Below, in pieces: positions 1-7,233 of a stretch of DNA of 14,866 bases (position 1 is the first letter of the stretch; each line of letters starts with the position of its first letter). The notes under the pieces were generated by a model. It worked only from the letters and a program-made list of their open reading frames with translations. It was not told the DNA's origin and did no database searches. The DNA comes from Candidatus Margulisiibacteriota bacterium (GTDB lineage Bacteria; Margulisbacteria; WOR-1; O2-12-FULL-45-9), in the NCBI GenBank assembly GCA_043816785.1, contig JBDRHP010000027.1, positions 1-14,866 of the forward strand, read 5' to 3'. The translations under genes and the position numbers were made by a program.

Positions 1-825
1 ACAAAACCAGCGGATGCCTCAACCCATGTTATTACTGATAAACCTGGCGGCACATATTATTATATGCTAACCACCAAGGACCCTGCTTCCGCCACTTCAA
101 ACATTGTCGCAGCAGCTGTGACAACAACAACTACTACTACCACAACTACCACTTCTTCCTCCACCACATCCACTGCTACTACCACCTCTACTACCTCCAC
201 TACAATTCAGAGGCCAACAATTCAAGCCTATAACGCCACTGCTTTCCTGGCAGCAACCACTAAGACCCAAAAACACACTATAACCGGCTCAGGGTTTAAG
301 TCAGGGTTAAGCATTAAATTGGCCAAGAACGGCCAGGAAATCCCGGGCAAGAATATCCAGGTAAACCAGGCAGGCACACAAGTAGCCTTTGAGATTGACC
401 TACCAACCACGGACACCGCGGCCACCACTGTTGGGCATTGGGATCTGCTCGTTATCCAAGACAACATAACCACCAGCGTACCAAGGAGTTTTCTCATTGA
501 ATACCCTGAAGGTCTTTTTTATTATCCGACCAAAACATCGATCAGCGCTATGAAGGCCGCAGGCCCAGCAGCCCAACCCCGGATCGCCTATACCCTTTCC
601 GCTGATAAACCGATCCAGCTTATTATCTATGATGTGATAACCATGCGGCCTGTTTTCCACCGCACCTTTGCCGCGGGCGAGCCAGGCGGCAAGCTCGGTT
701 ACAACGAGTTTCTCTGGGATGGAGTAACAGATCAAGGCACAACTATTGCCAACGGCTCTTATGTGCTCCAGGCCTTTTCCAATGGCAATATGATCGGCCA
801 AACCTATTTTGTGGTTATTGACTAA
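1..825 (+). CDS. 5'-truncated secreted/surface protein: end of a possible FN3-like domain, Thr/Ser linker, IPT/TIG-like domain, C-terminal FlgD-Ig/T9SS-CTD-like domain
   Basis: Frame is open from base 1 (TKPADASTHVITDKPGGTYYYMLTT), so the ATG at 64 is probably internal. ITGSGF...W(D)LLV fits an IPT-like Ig fold. 511-825 reads YYP...IAYTL...IQLIIYD...NEFLWDGVTDQGTTIANGSYVLQ, the FlgD_ig/CTD-type WDG..G....NG.Y signature. Confidence 0.8.
   Translation, partial: TKPADASTHVITDKPGGTYYYMLTTKDPASATSNIVAAAVTTTTTTTTTTTSSSTTSTATTTSTTSTTIQRPTIQAYNATAFLAATTKTQKHTITGSGFKSGLSIKLAKNGQEIPGKNIQVNQAGTQVAFEIDLPTTDTAATTVGHWDLLVIQDNITTSVPRSFLIEYPEGLFYYPTKTSISAMKAAGPAAQPRIAYTLSADKPIQLIIYDVITMRPVFHRTFAAGEPGGKLGYNEFLWDGVTDQGTTIANGSYVLQAFSNGNMIGQTYFVVID
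121..204 (+). repeat. Low-complexity ACN/TCN codon tract encoding a 28-residue Thr/Ser linker
   Basis: acaacaacaactactactaccacaactacc... translates to TTTTTTTTTTTSSSTTSTATTTSTTSTT with mixed synonymous codons. Confidence 0.9.
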
Positions 826-846
826 AATCATGGAGATACCTAATAA

Positions 847-2778
847 GTGTTGAAGAAATCCATCCTGGTCGCCTTACTTGCTCTGGCTATGAGCAGTCTG
901 GCTGCGGCCAATACCTATACTGTAATTCATAATAACGATGCTGGAGCCGGCTCCTTGCGCCAGGCCATAACCGATGCCAATGCCCATGCCGGCGCCGACG
1001 AGATTGTGTTTAATAATGATTATGCCATTTCTACCAACTCAGCCCTGCCTGATATTACGCCTGAGGGGATCGCAATCAATGTAACCAATACCAGGACCAC
1101 AACCATTAGTAGCTGGGCTGGTCCATTTGATGGACTAAGTATAAAAGCCAACAATGTTCATATTAAAGGTTTCTATATAACCGGGTATGCCGCCGATGGC
1201 ATTGATATTACCTCTGACTATGTCACAATTGAAGCCTGCCGTATTTACAGCAATACCCAAGACGGAATTCACATCAATGCCGGCAGCAGCAATACAACTA
1301 TCAAAGGCTGCTATATCGGGACGATCGCCGGCAATCAGGCCTATGCCAACGGAGAGGAAGGCATCCATAGCGTCGGAGGATCAAACACCATGATCGGCGG
1401 ACCAAATCAATCAGACCGCAATATTATTTCCGGTAATTCTGTTTATGGTATCAGGCTTACGGGCAGCAATAATGACAGGATCGAAGGGAACTATATTGGC
1501 CTCTCTGCTGCCGGCAATAGCGCCATAAGCAACGGCGACTCTGGCATATGGTCTCATGGTGGCACAACAAACTTAACAATTGTAAATAATGTTATCTCCG
1601 GCAATGTCTCAGGTGGCCTTAATCTTGAAGCCACGACCGGGGCAACGATTGAAGGTAATTACATCGGGTTTAACGCTTCAGGCTCAGGGGCCATCGCCAG
1701 TAGCGGTTCTTTTACTTACGGCATATATTCTTTGGGGTCAAACGGCCTGCGGATTGGCGGAGCAAACACCTCGCAGCGGAATTATATCGGAAGTTTCCAG
1801 GGAAACAATCAGGGAGGAATTTTCCTCTTTATGAGCGGTTGGACAGTTGCTAACAATATTCAGAACAACTATTTAGGCGTCAGCACATCGGGCGCCTATG
1901 ATATTAACCTGGCAAATTCGTTTGGGATCATTCTCGGTCAAAGCAAAAACACCATTATTGAAGATAACCTGATCGCTTACAATATCGGCGCAGATCTCGC
2001 CTTGCCACCTTTTTTTACCGGCAGGCTTGAAGGCTTCGGTGTGGGGTTTTATTTTAACCCTTCAAGCACTTCTCTTGAAGGTAATGCCATACGCAGAAAC
2101 CGGATCTATAGTAATTCCGGCAAGGCAATAAGTCTAAGCAATGCTTCCACCGTTTTCCCCGGCAATCAAGGCATTGCCGCACCGGTCTTAGCCTCCTGCT
2201 CAATAACCTCAAATACTTTAACCGGCACGGCACCGGCTAATTCAGAAGTTGAGATCTTCCAGTCAACCGGACTTGGTTGCGGCACTGGCGAAGGAGTAAG
2301 CTATTTAGGCATGACCACGGCCAATGCCAGCGGGGATTTCAGCTATGTTGTGAGCGGTGTAACCAGCGCCACGGCCTTTGCCGCCACAGCCACTGACGCG
2401 GGCAATAACACTTCTGAATTTAGCAATAATATCACTGTGACGCCAACCACCACAACTACCTCAACCACAACTACCACCCTGCCTCCCTCTAACGCGCCAA
2501 GAGTAACGGTTACAGACGGCAGCTCGCCTAACCAGCCTGCGACCTTAAACCTGGCTTTCCAATCGCAATCTTCAGGCAGCGCGCGTTTGATCATTACCAC
2601 AGCTATTCCGCCGCAAGAAGTAATGGTCGACACAGTCATAAATATTGATGTTGGAGCCAATAATATCGCTGTTTTACTGGCCAGCGGTTTTGGCGAGAAA
2701 CTGCCGCGGGGTGTTTACATCTATACCCTAATGTTTAGTGACGGCACAAGAATAACCGGAAGGTTCGTCATACGATAG
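847..2778 (+). CDS. Secreted right-handed parallel beta-helix repeat protein, paralog 1, with Ig-like domain, Thr linker and CTD-like C-terminus
   Basis: GTG start with GGAG upstream. Sec signal peptide (KKSILVALLALAMSSLAAA). N-terminal NNDAGAGSLRQAI motif (CSLREA-like). Repeated NIISGN/IEGNYIG beta-helix motifs, ATATDAGNNTSEFS, TTTTTSTTTTT linker, terminal LPRGVYIYTL...GRFVIR. Confidence 0.85.
   Translation: MLKKSILVALLALAMSSLAAANTYTVIHNNDAGAGSLRQAITDANAHAGADEIVFNNDYAISTNSALPDITPEGIAINVTNTRTTTISSWAGPFDGLSIKANNVHIKGFYITGYAADGIDITSDYVTIEACRIYSNTQDGIHINAGSSNTTIKGCYIGTIAGNQAYANGEEGIHSVGGSNTMIGGPNQSDRNIISGNSVYGIRLTGSNNDRIEGNYIGLSAAGNSAISNGDSGIWSHGGTTNLTIVNNVISGNVSGGLNLEATTGATIEGNYIGFNASGSGAIASSGSFTYGIYSLGSNGLRIGGANTSQRNYIGSFQGNNQGGIFLFMSGWTVANNIQNNYLGVSTSGAYDINLANSFGIILGQSKNTIIEDNLIAYNIGADLALPPFFTGRLEGFGVGFYFNPSSTSLEGNAIRRNRIYSNSGKAISLSNASTVFPGNQGIAAPVLASCSITSNTLTGTAPANSEVEIFQSTGLGCGTGEGVSYLGMTTANASGDFSYVVSGVTSATAFAATATDAGNNTSEFSNNITVTPTTTTTSTTTTTLPPSNAPRVTVTDGSSPNQPATLNLAFQSQSSGSARLIITTAIPPQEVMVDTVINIDVGANNIAVLLASGFGEKLPRGVYIYTLMFSDGTRITGRFVIR
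913..965 (+). repeat. 53-bp exact direct repeat shared with 3166-3218
   Basis: acctatactgtaattcataataacgatgctggagccggctccttgcgccaggc is identical in both paralogs. Confidence 0.95.
2209..2778 (+). repeat. Near-identical 570-bp direct repeat shared with 4471-5040 (3' ends of the paralogs)
   Basis: Colinear at offset 2262. By manual count 11 of the last 189 residues differ. Confidence 0.95.
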
Positions 2779-2782
2779 AAAA

Positions 2783-2962
2783 CAAGAACGACGCGAACAA
2801 GAAAGCGCTTTCTATCAACGAATTGCATAAACGAATCAACGAATAAAATCGGTCACACTTATCACATCCAGTTAGAGTAGTTAGCGTCAGTTTCGAGTTA
2901 TGTTCGAGGTCGCTAGCCGTTAGCGTTGTTAGAGATTATTTCAGTTAGCGATGAAGTTAGAG
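2783..2962. repeat. Intergenic array of short motifs in inverted arrangement (element A)
   Basis: Left: AACGAAT at 2817, 2830, 2838 and CGCGAAC at 2792. Right: GTTAG(A/C)G at 2871, 2880, 2919, 2928, 2944, 2956, plus (G/T)TTCGAG at 2891 and 2902. Confidence 0.75.
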
Positions 2963-3043
2963 ATATCAAGAAATCCAAAACTTTACTCTTACCAAGACCC
3001 AGCTAAACAGGCACATTTTTTGCTATATGAACCCAAGAAAGGC

Positions 3044-3072
3044 TTGTTCCACCCATTTTATCAGTATATAAT
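3044..3072 (+). promoter_or_regulatory. Sigma70-type promoter for paralog 2 and the PorV-SLH gene
   Basis: TTGTTC (3044-3049), 17-bp spacer, TATAAT (3067-3072). AGGAG RBS at 3087-3091. Confidence 0.65.
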
Positions 3073-3096
3073 TAAGCAAAGCTAAAAGGAGCACTT

Positions 3097-5040
3097 TTGT
3101 TGCGCAAATTTTGTTTATTTATCTTCTTTATTGCCTTATTTTTGAGTCTTACGGCTTCGGCTGCCACCTATACTGTAATTCATAATAACGATGCTGGAGC
3201 CGGCTCCTTGCGCCAGGCGATCATTGACGCCAATGGCAGTGCCGGCGCTGATGAGATTGTTTTTGATAATCATTATACGATCACCCTGGCAACTTCGTTG
3301 CCCGCCATTACAGACGCAACAGCAATAAATGTAACCACGACCAAGGGGGTCACCATTGATGCCATTGACATCGCGGCTTACGGTTTAGAAACTTCGGGCG
3401 GAGGCAATAATGTTCACATCAAAAATATTATGATCAAAGATTGCATAGAAGACGGCATTCACATTGATTCGGATAACGTTACGATCGAAGATTGTTTCTC
3501 ATTTAGCAACGCAAAACACGGCATCCAGATCATGAGCGGCAGCAATAATATATTGGTTAAAGGGAGCACTCTAGGCATTCCTTACGGCGGCGGCTTTTCT
3601 CTCTCCGGCAATGGCTGGCACGGCATCCTCAGCTATGGTTCCAATGTTCAGATCGGCGGTCCAAGCGAAGCCGACCGTAATATCATTTCTGGCAATCTGG
3701 GCTATGGCGTGATGATTGGTGGCGGGATTAACCATAGAATTGAGAACAATTACATTGGTATTTCCGCGGCAGGCGACGCTGCTGTGGCCAATGGCTCTAT
3801 CGGACTTTTGACCCAAAACACAACAAACGCGGCAATAATAAACAATGTTATTTCCGCAAATGTAGTTATTAACGTTTATATTGCCCAATCTACCACCGTA
3901 ACTCTTGAAGGAAACTATATTGGTTTTAATGCGGCAAAAAGCAGTGCCCTCCCCAGCAGTGGACCTTATGCCTTGGGCATTCGGGGGGATTATGCCAATG
4001 GCGTGCGAATTGGCGGACCAACTGATGCGCAACGCAATTATATTGTTGGTTTTAATGGGTCAACCCGGGCAGCTATTCTTTTTGTTGCTAGCGGCTACAC
4101 TTCTCCAAATTACATACAGAATAATTATTTAGGGACTAACATATCCGGCAATTATGATGCAGGCCTAATAAATTCTTTGGGCATCCTGCTGGGAGAAAGT
4201 TCAAATACTACGATCGAAGACAACCTGATCGCCTACAATTCTGGCGGGTTGTGGGACAACGATCCTTTTGGACTTTTTTCTGGCAGTTTCGCAGGATCCG
4301 GGGTGGCATTTATCTATAATCCGTTTGGCATTTCTGTTGAAGGCAATGCCATTCGCCGCAATCGCATTTTTGGCAATAATGGCAGAGCAATTAGCTTGAG
4401 CAACGCTTCCACGGGTTTCCCCGGCAACAACAACATTGCCGCGCCGGTCTTTGATTCCTGCTCAATAATCTCAAATACTTTAACCGGCACGGCGCCGGCT
4501 AATTCCGAAGTCGAGATATTCCAATCAACCGGCCCTGGCTGCGGCACTGGCGAAGGAGTAACCTATTTGGGCATGACCACTGCCAATGCCAGCGGGGATT
4601 TCAGCTATGTTGTGAGCGGTGTGACCAGCGCCATGGCCTTTGCCGCCACAGCCACTGACGCGGGCAATAACACTTCTGAATTTAGCGATAATATCACTGT
4701 GACTCCAACCACAACCACAACCTCAACCACAACTACCACCCTACCCCCTTCTAACGCGCCAAGAGTGACGGTCACAGACGGCAGCTCGCCTAACCAGCCG
4801 GCAACCTTAAACCTGGATTTTGAGTCGCAATCTTCAGGCAGCGCGCGCTTAATTATTACCACCGCTGTTCCTCCGCAGGAAGTGGTGATCGACACGGTCA
4901 TAAACATTGATGCCGGGGCCAATAATATCGCTGTTTTACTGGCCAGCGGCTTTGGCGAGAGACTGCCGCGGGGCGTTTACATCTATACCCTAATGTTTAG
5001 TGACGGCACAAGGATAACGGGAAGATTTGTTATACGCTAA
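3097..5040 (+). CDS. Secreted right-handed parallel beta-helix repeat protein, paralog 2
   Basis: TTG start (3097 or 3100) after AGGAG. Signal peptide ends in ASA-A. Same architecture and motifs as 847-2778. Confidence 0.85.
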   Translation: MLRKFCLFIFFIALFLSLTASAATYTVIHNNDAGAGSLRQAIIDANGSAGADEIVFDNHYTITLATSLPAITDATAINVTTTKGVTIDAIDIAAYGLETSGGGNNVHIKNIMIKDCIEDGIHIDSDNVTIEDCFSFSNAKHGIQIMSGSNNILVKGSTLGIPYGGGFSLSGNGWHGILSYGSNVQIGGPSEADRNIISGNLGYGVMIGGGINHRIENNYIGISAAGDAAVANGSIGLLTQNTTNAAIINNVISANVVINVYIAQSTTVTLEGNYIGFNAAKSSALPSSGPYALGIRGDYANGVRIGGPTDAQRNYIVGFNGSTRAAILFVASGYTSPNYIQNNYLGTNISGNYDAGLINSLGILLGESSNTTIEDNLIAYNSGGLWDNDPFGLFSGSFAGSGVAFIYNPFGISVEGNAIRRNRIFGNNGRAISLSNASTGFPGNNNIAAPVFDSCSIISNTLTGTAPANSEVEIFQSTGPGCGTGEGVTYLGMTTANASGDFSYVVSGVTSAMAFAATATDAGNNTSEFSDNITVTPTTTTTSTTTTTLPPSNAPRVTVTDGSSPNQPATLNLDFESQSSGSARLIITTAVPPQEVVIDTVINIDAGANNIAVLLASGFGERLPRGVYIYTLMFSDGTRITGRFVIR

Positions 5041-6472
5041 AAAAACCATAATAATATTAATTGTTGCTGTAATCGCCGCGGCGGTGGCTGCGCCCAGTTG
5101 GGGCATTGCCAACCCTTTAAGCAGGAGCACTGGCGCCAGGCCCCTGGCCCTGGGCAATGCCTATGTGGCTTTATCAGATGACGCGTCCGGCCTCTTTACT
5201 AATCCAGCTGGTCTGGCCAGCATCAAAGACCGCAAATTGATCAGCATGTATTCTCAGCCTGGTTCAGGCATATCCTTCACCGAGCTGGGGGCAGCCTTTC
5301 CTCTGCTGGGCGGCGCGATCGGCCTTGGCTATCGCAGCAACATAGTTGCCGGCGTGGCAGTTTCAGCTGAAGTGGCTGATTTTACTAACGGGGAGATACT
5401 GCTCGCTTACAGCCGCAAGGTCAGGGAGAATCTGGCCCTGGGGCTTGATATGCGATTTCTTTCTCAAGGATTATCAAAAACCGTGACTGGCTTTGAGGGC
5501 CTGAACGGCTCGGGCAGTTCATATGGTTTATTCTTAAAATATAACTTCCGTCCTGGGGTTGACCTGGGAGCGGCCTGGCAGGATCTGGGCGGCAAGATCA
5601 ATTATAATGACAACACCAGCGATGATCTTACAGCCAAGCTTACTTTGGGAGCGAATTTTACTCCCCACCCCCTGGTCTTGTTGAATCTTGATTTTAGTCA
5701 GAGCGGTCCACAACCCGTCTTGCTGCATAGTGGTGTTGAATGGCAGGCCAGACCATTCATGGCTCTGCGGCTGGGCGCTGATCAAAGCACTTCAGGCCCC
5801 AACACCGTCTACACGAACATAACTACTGGTATTGGCTTATTATTTTCCGGAATTACTCTGGACTACACGCTTTACCGCCAGGGCGATCCTACCGGCCTGA
5901 CAACCAACTATTTCGCCCTTGGCTATATTGGGGCCGCTAAGGCCCAAAAACCTCTCAAAGTATCCCCTGAGGCGGCTGTAGTAAAAGAAATAAAGAAAGT
6001 AAGGCTTGTTCATTTCAAAGATATTCCGGCGGATCATCCCGATCGGCTGGCTATTGAACATCTGGCCAGCCTGGGGATCATTAATTATTATTCTGACGAG
6101 ACTTTTCGGCCCAGGGGTCCGGTCTCGCGCGCGGAACTGGTCATGCTGTTAGTCCGCCTGAATGACCTGCCCTTGCCCAAGGTGAAACAACAGATCTTCT
6201 CTGACGTACCAGCAGATTCCTGGGCAGCGGATTATGTTCAATCAGCTTATGAAAATAATATTACTAAAGGTTACGAGGACAATACGTTCAAACCCAGGCA
6301 AGCTGTGACCCGCGGCATGCTGGCCGCCTTCTTAAAGAAATTTGACGGCCTGCGGCTAAGTGAAGGAGTAACTTCTCCGGAAAAGGATATAACTCGCGCT
6401 GAATTGGCCGAATTATTGTACAAGACTAAATTAGTCAAAAATAAAATCAGCCAGTTCATTTTCGAAAACTAA
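5027..6472 (+). CDS. PorV/FadL(UPF0164)-like outer-membrane beta-barrel fused to C-terminal S-layer homology (SLH) domains
   Basis: Signal peptide, then GARPLALGNAYVALSDDASGLFTNPAGLA (PorV/FadL-family N-terminal motif) and amphipathic strands. From 6014: FKDIPADH...FRPRGPVSRAE, FSDVPADSWA...GYEDNTFKPRQAVTRG and a partial third ITRAE repeat. TTG start overlaps the upstream gene by 14 bp. Confidence 0.85.
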   Translation: MLYAKKTIIILIVAVIAAAVAAPSWGIANPLSRSTGARPLALGNAYVALSDDASGLFTNPAGLASIKDRKLISMYSQPGSGISFTELGAAFPLLGGAIGLGYRSNIVAGVAVSAEVADFTNGEILLAYSRKVRENLALGLDMRFLSQGLSKTVTGFEGLNGSGSSYGLFLKYNFRPGVDLGAAWQDLGGKINYNDNTSDDLTAKLTLGANFTPHPLVLLNLDFSQSGPQPVLLHSGVEWQARPFMALRLGADQSTSGPNTVYTNITTGIGLLFSGITLDYTLYRQGDPTGLTTNYFALGYIGAAKAQKPLKVSPEAAVVKEIKKVRLVHFKDIPADHPDRLAIEHLASLGIINYYSDETFRPRGPVSRAELVMLLVRLNDLPLPKVKQQIFSDVPADSWAADYVQSAYENNITKGYEDNTFKPRQAVTRGMLAAFLKKFDGLRLSEGVTSPEKDITRAELAELLYKTKLVKNKISQFIFEN

Positions 6473-6850
6473 TTAGTAGTCCGAGTGATCCGTATGGTTG
6501 ATGTAGATGCGTCCGTTAGCGCTGTCATAATACCAGCCGCCAGTTTTCCCTGTCGGTGTACCAGTTCCCACCTCAACAGCATTGCTGCCGCTAAAAGGGT
6601 CTTCAGGCACCTTGTTGTCCTGGAACATTTTTCCTTCGATCGTTTTCGGGGTTGGGGAGGTATCGCCATATGCCGCGTTACTGGCGTATTGGATAGCCAC
6701 TGCAGCCCGGATACTGCCGATCGCGCCCTTAGCCGCGCTCTCCCTGGCCTTGGTAGAAAGATCAACAAACCGTGGCAGCGCCGTAGCTGCCAGAATGCCC
6801 AGAATAACAATAACCATTACCAGCTCAATTAACGTAAAACCTTTTTTCAT
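6473..6850 (-). CDS. Type IV pilin, MshA-like (class III signal peptide)
   Basis: MKKG|FTLIELVMVIVILGILAATALPRF has the G/F cleavage site and E5. ATG at 6850, preceded by GGGGGGTG, is preferred over the GTG at 6865. Confidence 0.9.
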   Translation of the reverse strand: MKKGFTLIELVMVIVILGILAATALPRFVDLSTKARESAAKGAIGSIRAAVAIQYASNAAYGDTSPTPKTIEGKMFQDNKVPEDPFSGSNAVEVGTGTPTGKTGGWYYDSANGRIYINHTDHSDY

Positions 6851-6875
6851 TCTTTCACCCCCCACTCACTTTTGG

Positions 6876-6903
6876 ATTTTAACATACCTCAAACCTTTGT
6901 CAA
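6876..6903 (-). promoter_or_regulatory. Near-consensus sigma70 promoter for the pilin
   Basis: Minus strand: TTGACA (6903-6898), 16-bp spacer ending in TGt, then TAAAAT (6881-6876), i.e. an extended -10. Confidence 0.75.
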
Positions 6904-6953
6904 CTAAAAATTAGCTCTCAATCAAAAAGTCCTCTTATAGTCTTGGCAGTAAA

Positions 6954-7165
6954 TCCCGAATCTTTATAATTTTATCTCTTATCACCTTCGCGAATCATCA
7001 CAAAGATTTGGTCACGAATGGCACATCTCGCATTTCAACGAATTGTTCCCGAAATATTATATATAATTATTTTTCGCGATGAATTAGAGGCAATTCGGGA
7101 AAGACTCATTCGCGATCAAGTATTAGATTTGATTCGGGACTACTGATTAGTGATAAAATTTGAGA
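6954..7165. repeat. Intergenic array of short motifs in inverted arrangement around an AT-rich centre (element B)
   Basis: Left TCNCGAA(T/A)-like motifs at 6954, 6988, 7012, 7026, 7036, 7047. Right (A/T)TT(C/A/T)GNG(A/G) at 7072, 7083, 7093, 7108, 7132, 7146, 7158. The centre, 7052-7074, is A/T only. Confidence 0.8.
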
Positions 7166-7233
7166 TTCATTAAAATCTAGAATTCACTTTGTTCAAGAGT
7201 AATCTTATCCTGCCGCACTTCCGATAAGGAGCC

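Noticed and set aside
64..66. ATG at 64 as start of the first gene, and TTG at 14833 as start of the last gene
   Set aside because: Both frames stay open to the window edges, and neither start has a signal peptide or clear RBS.
2343..2660. Duplicated antisense 105-aa ORFs (also 4605-4922) with poly-Val
   Set aside because: They are reverse-strand shadows of the duplicated Thr-rich C-terminal region.
2783..2962. CRISPR array (also considered for 6954-7165)
   Set aside because: Motifs are only 7-8 bp, irregularly spaced and switch strand. There are no 23-47 bp repeats with unique spacers and no cas genes.
2209..5040. Diversity-generating retroelement TR/VR pair
   Set aside because: Differences between the repeats are not adenine-specific and many are synonymous. 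Both copies are coding, and there is no reverse transcriptase in the window.
6469..6914. Alternative ORFs over the pilin, and other short antisense or off-frame ORFs over pilC, pilB, hflX, aroF, aroH and birA
   Set aside because: They overlap well-supported genes and show no recognisable motifs.
7205..7228. cttatc/gataag hairpin after pilC as a terminator
   Set aside because: Only a 6-bp AT-rich stem with a large loop and no U-tract.
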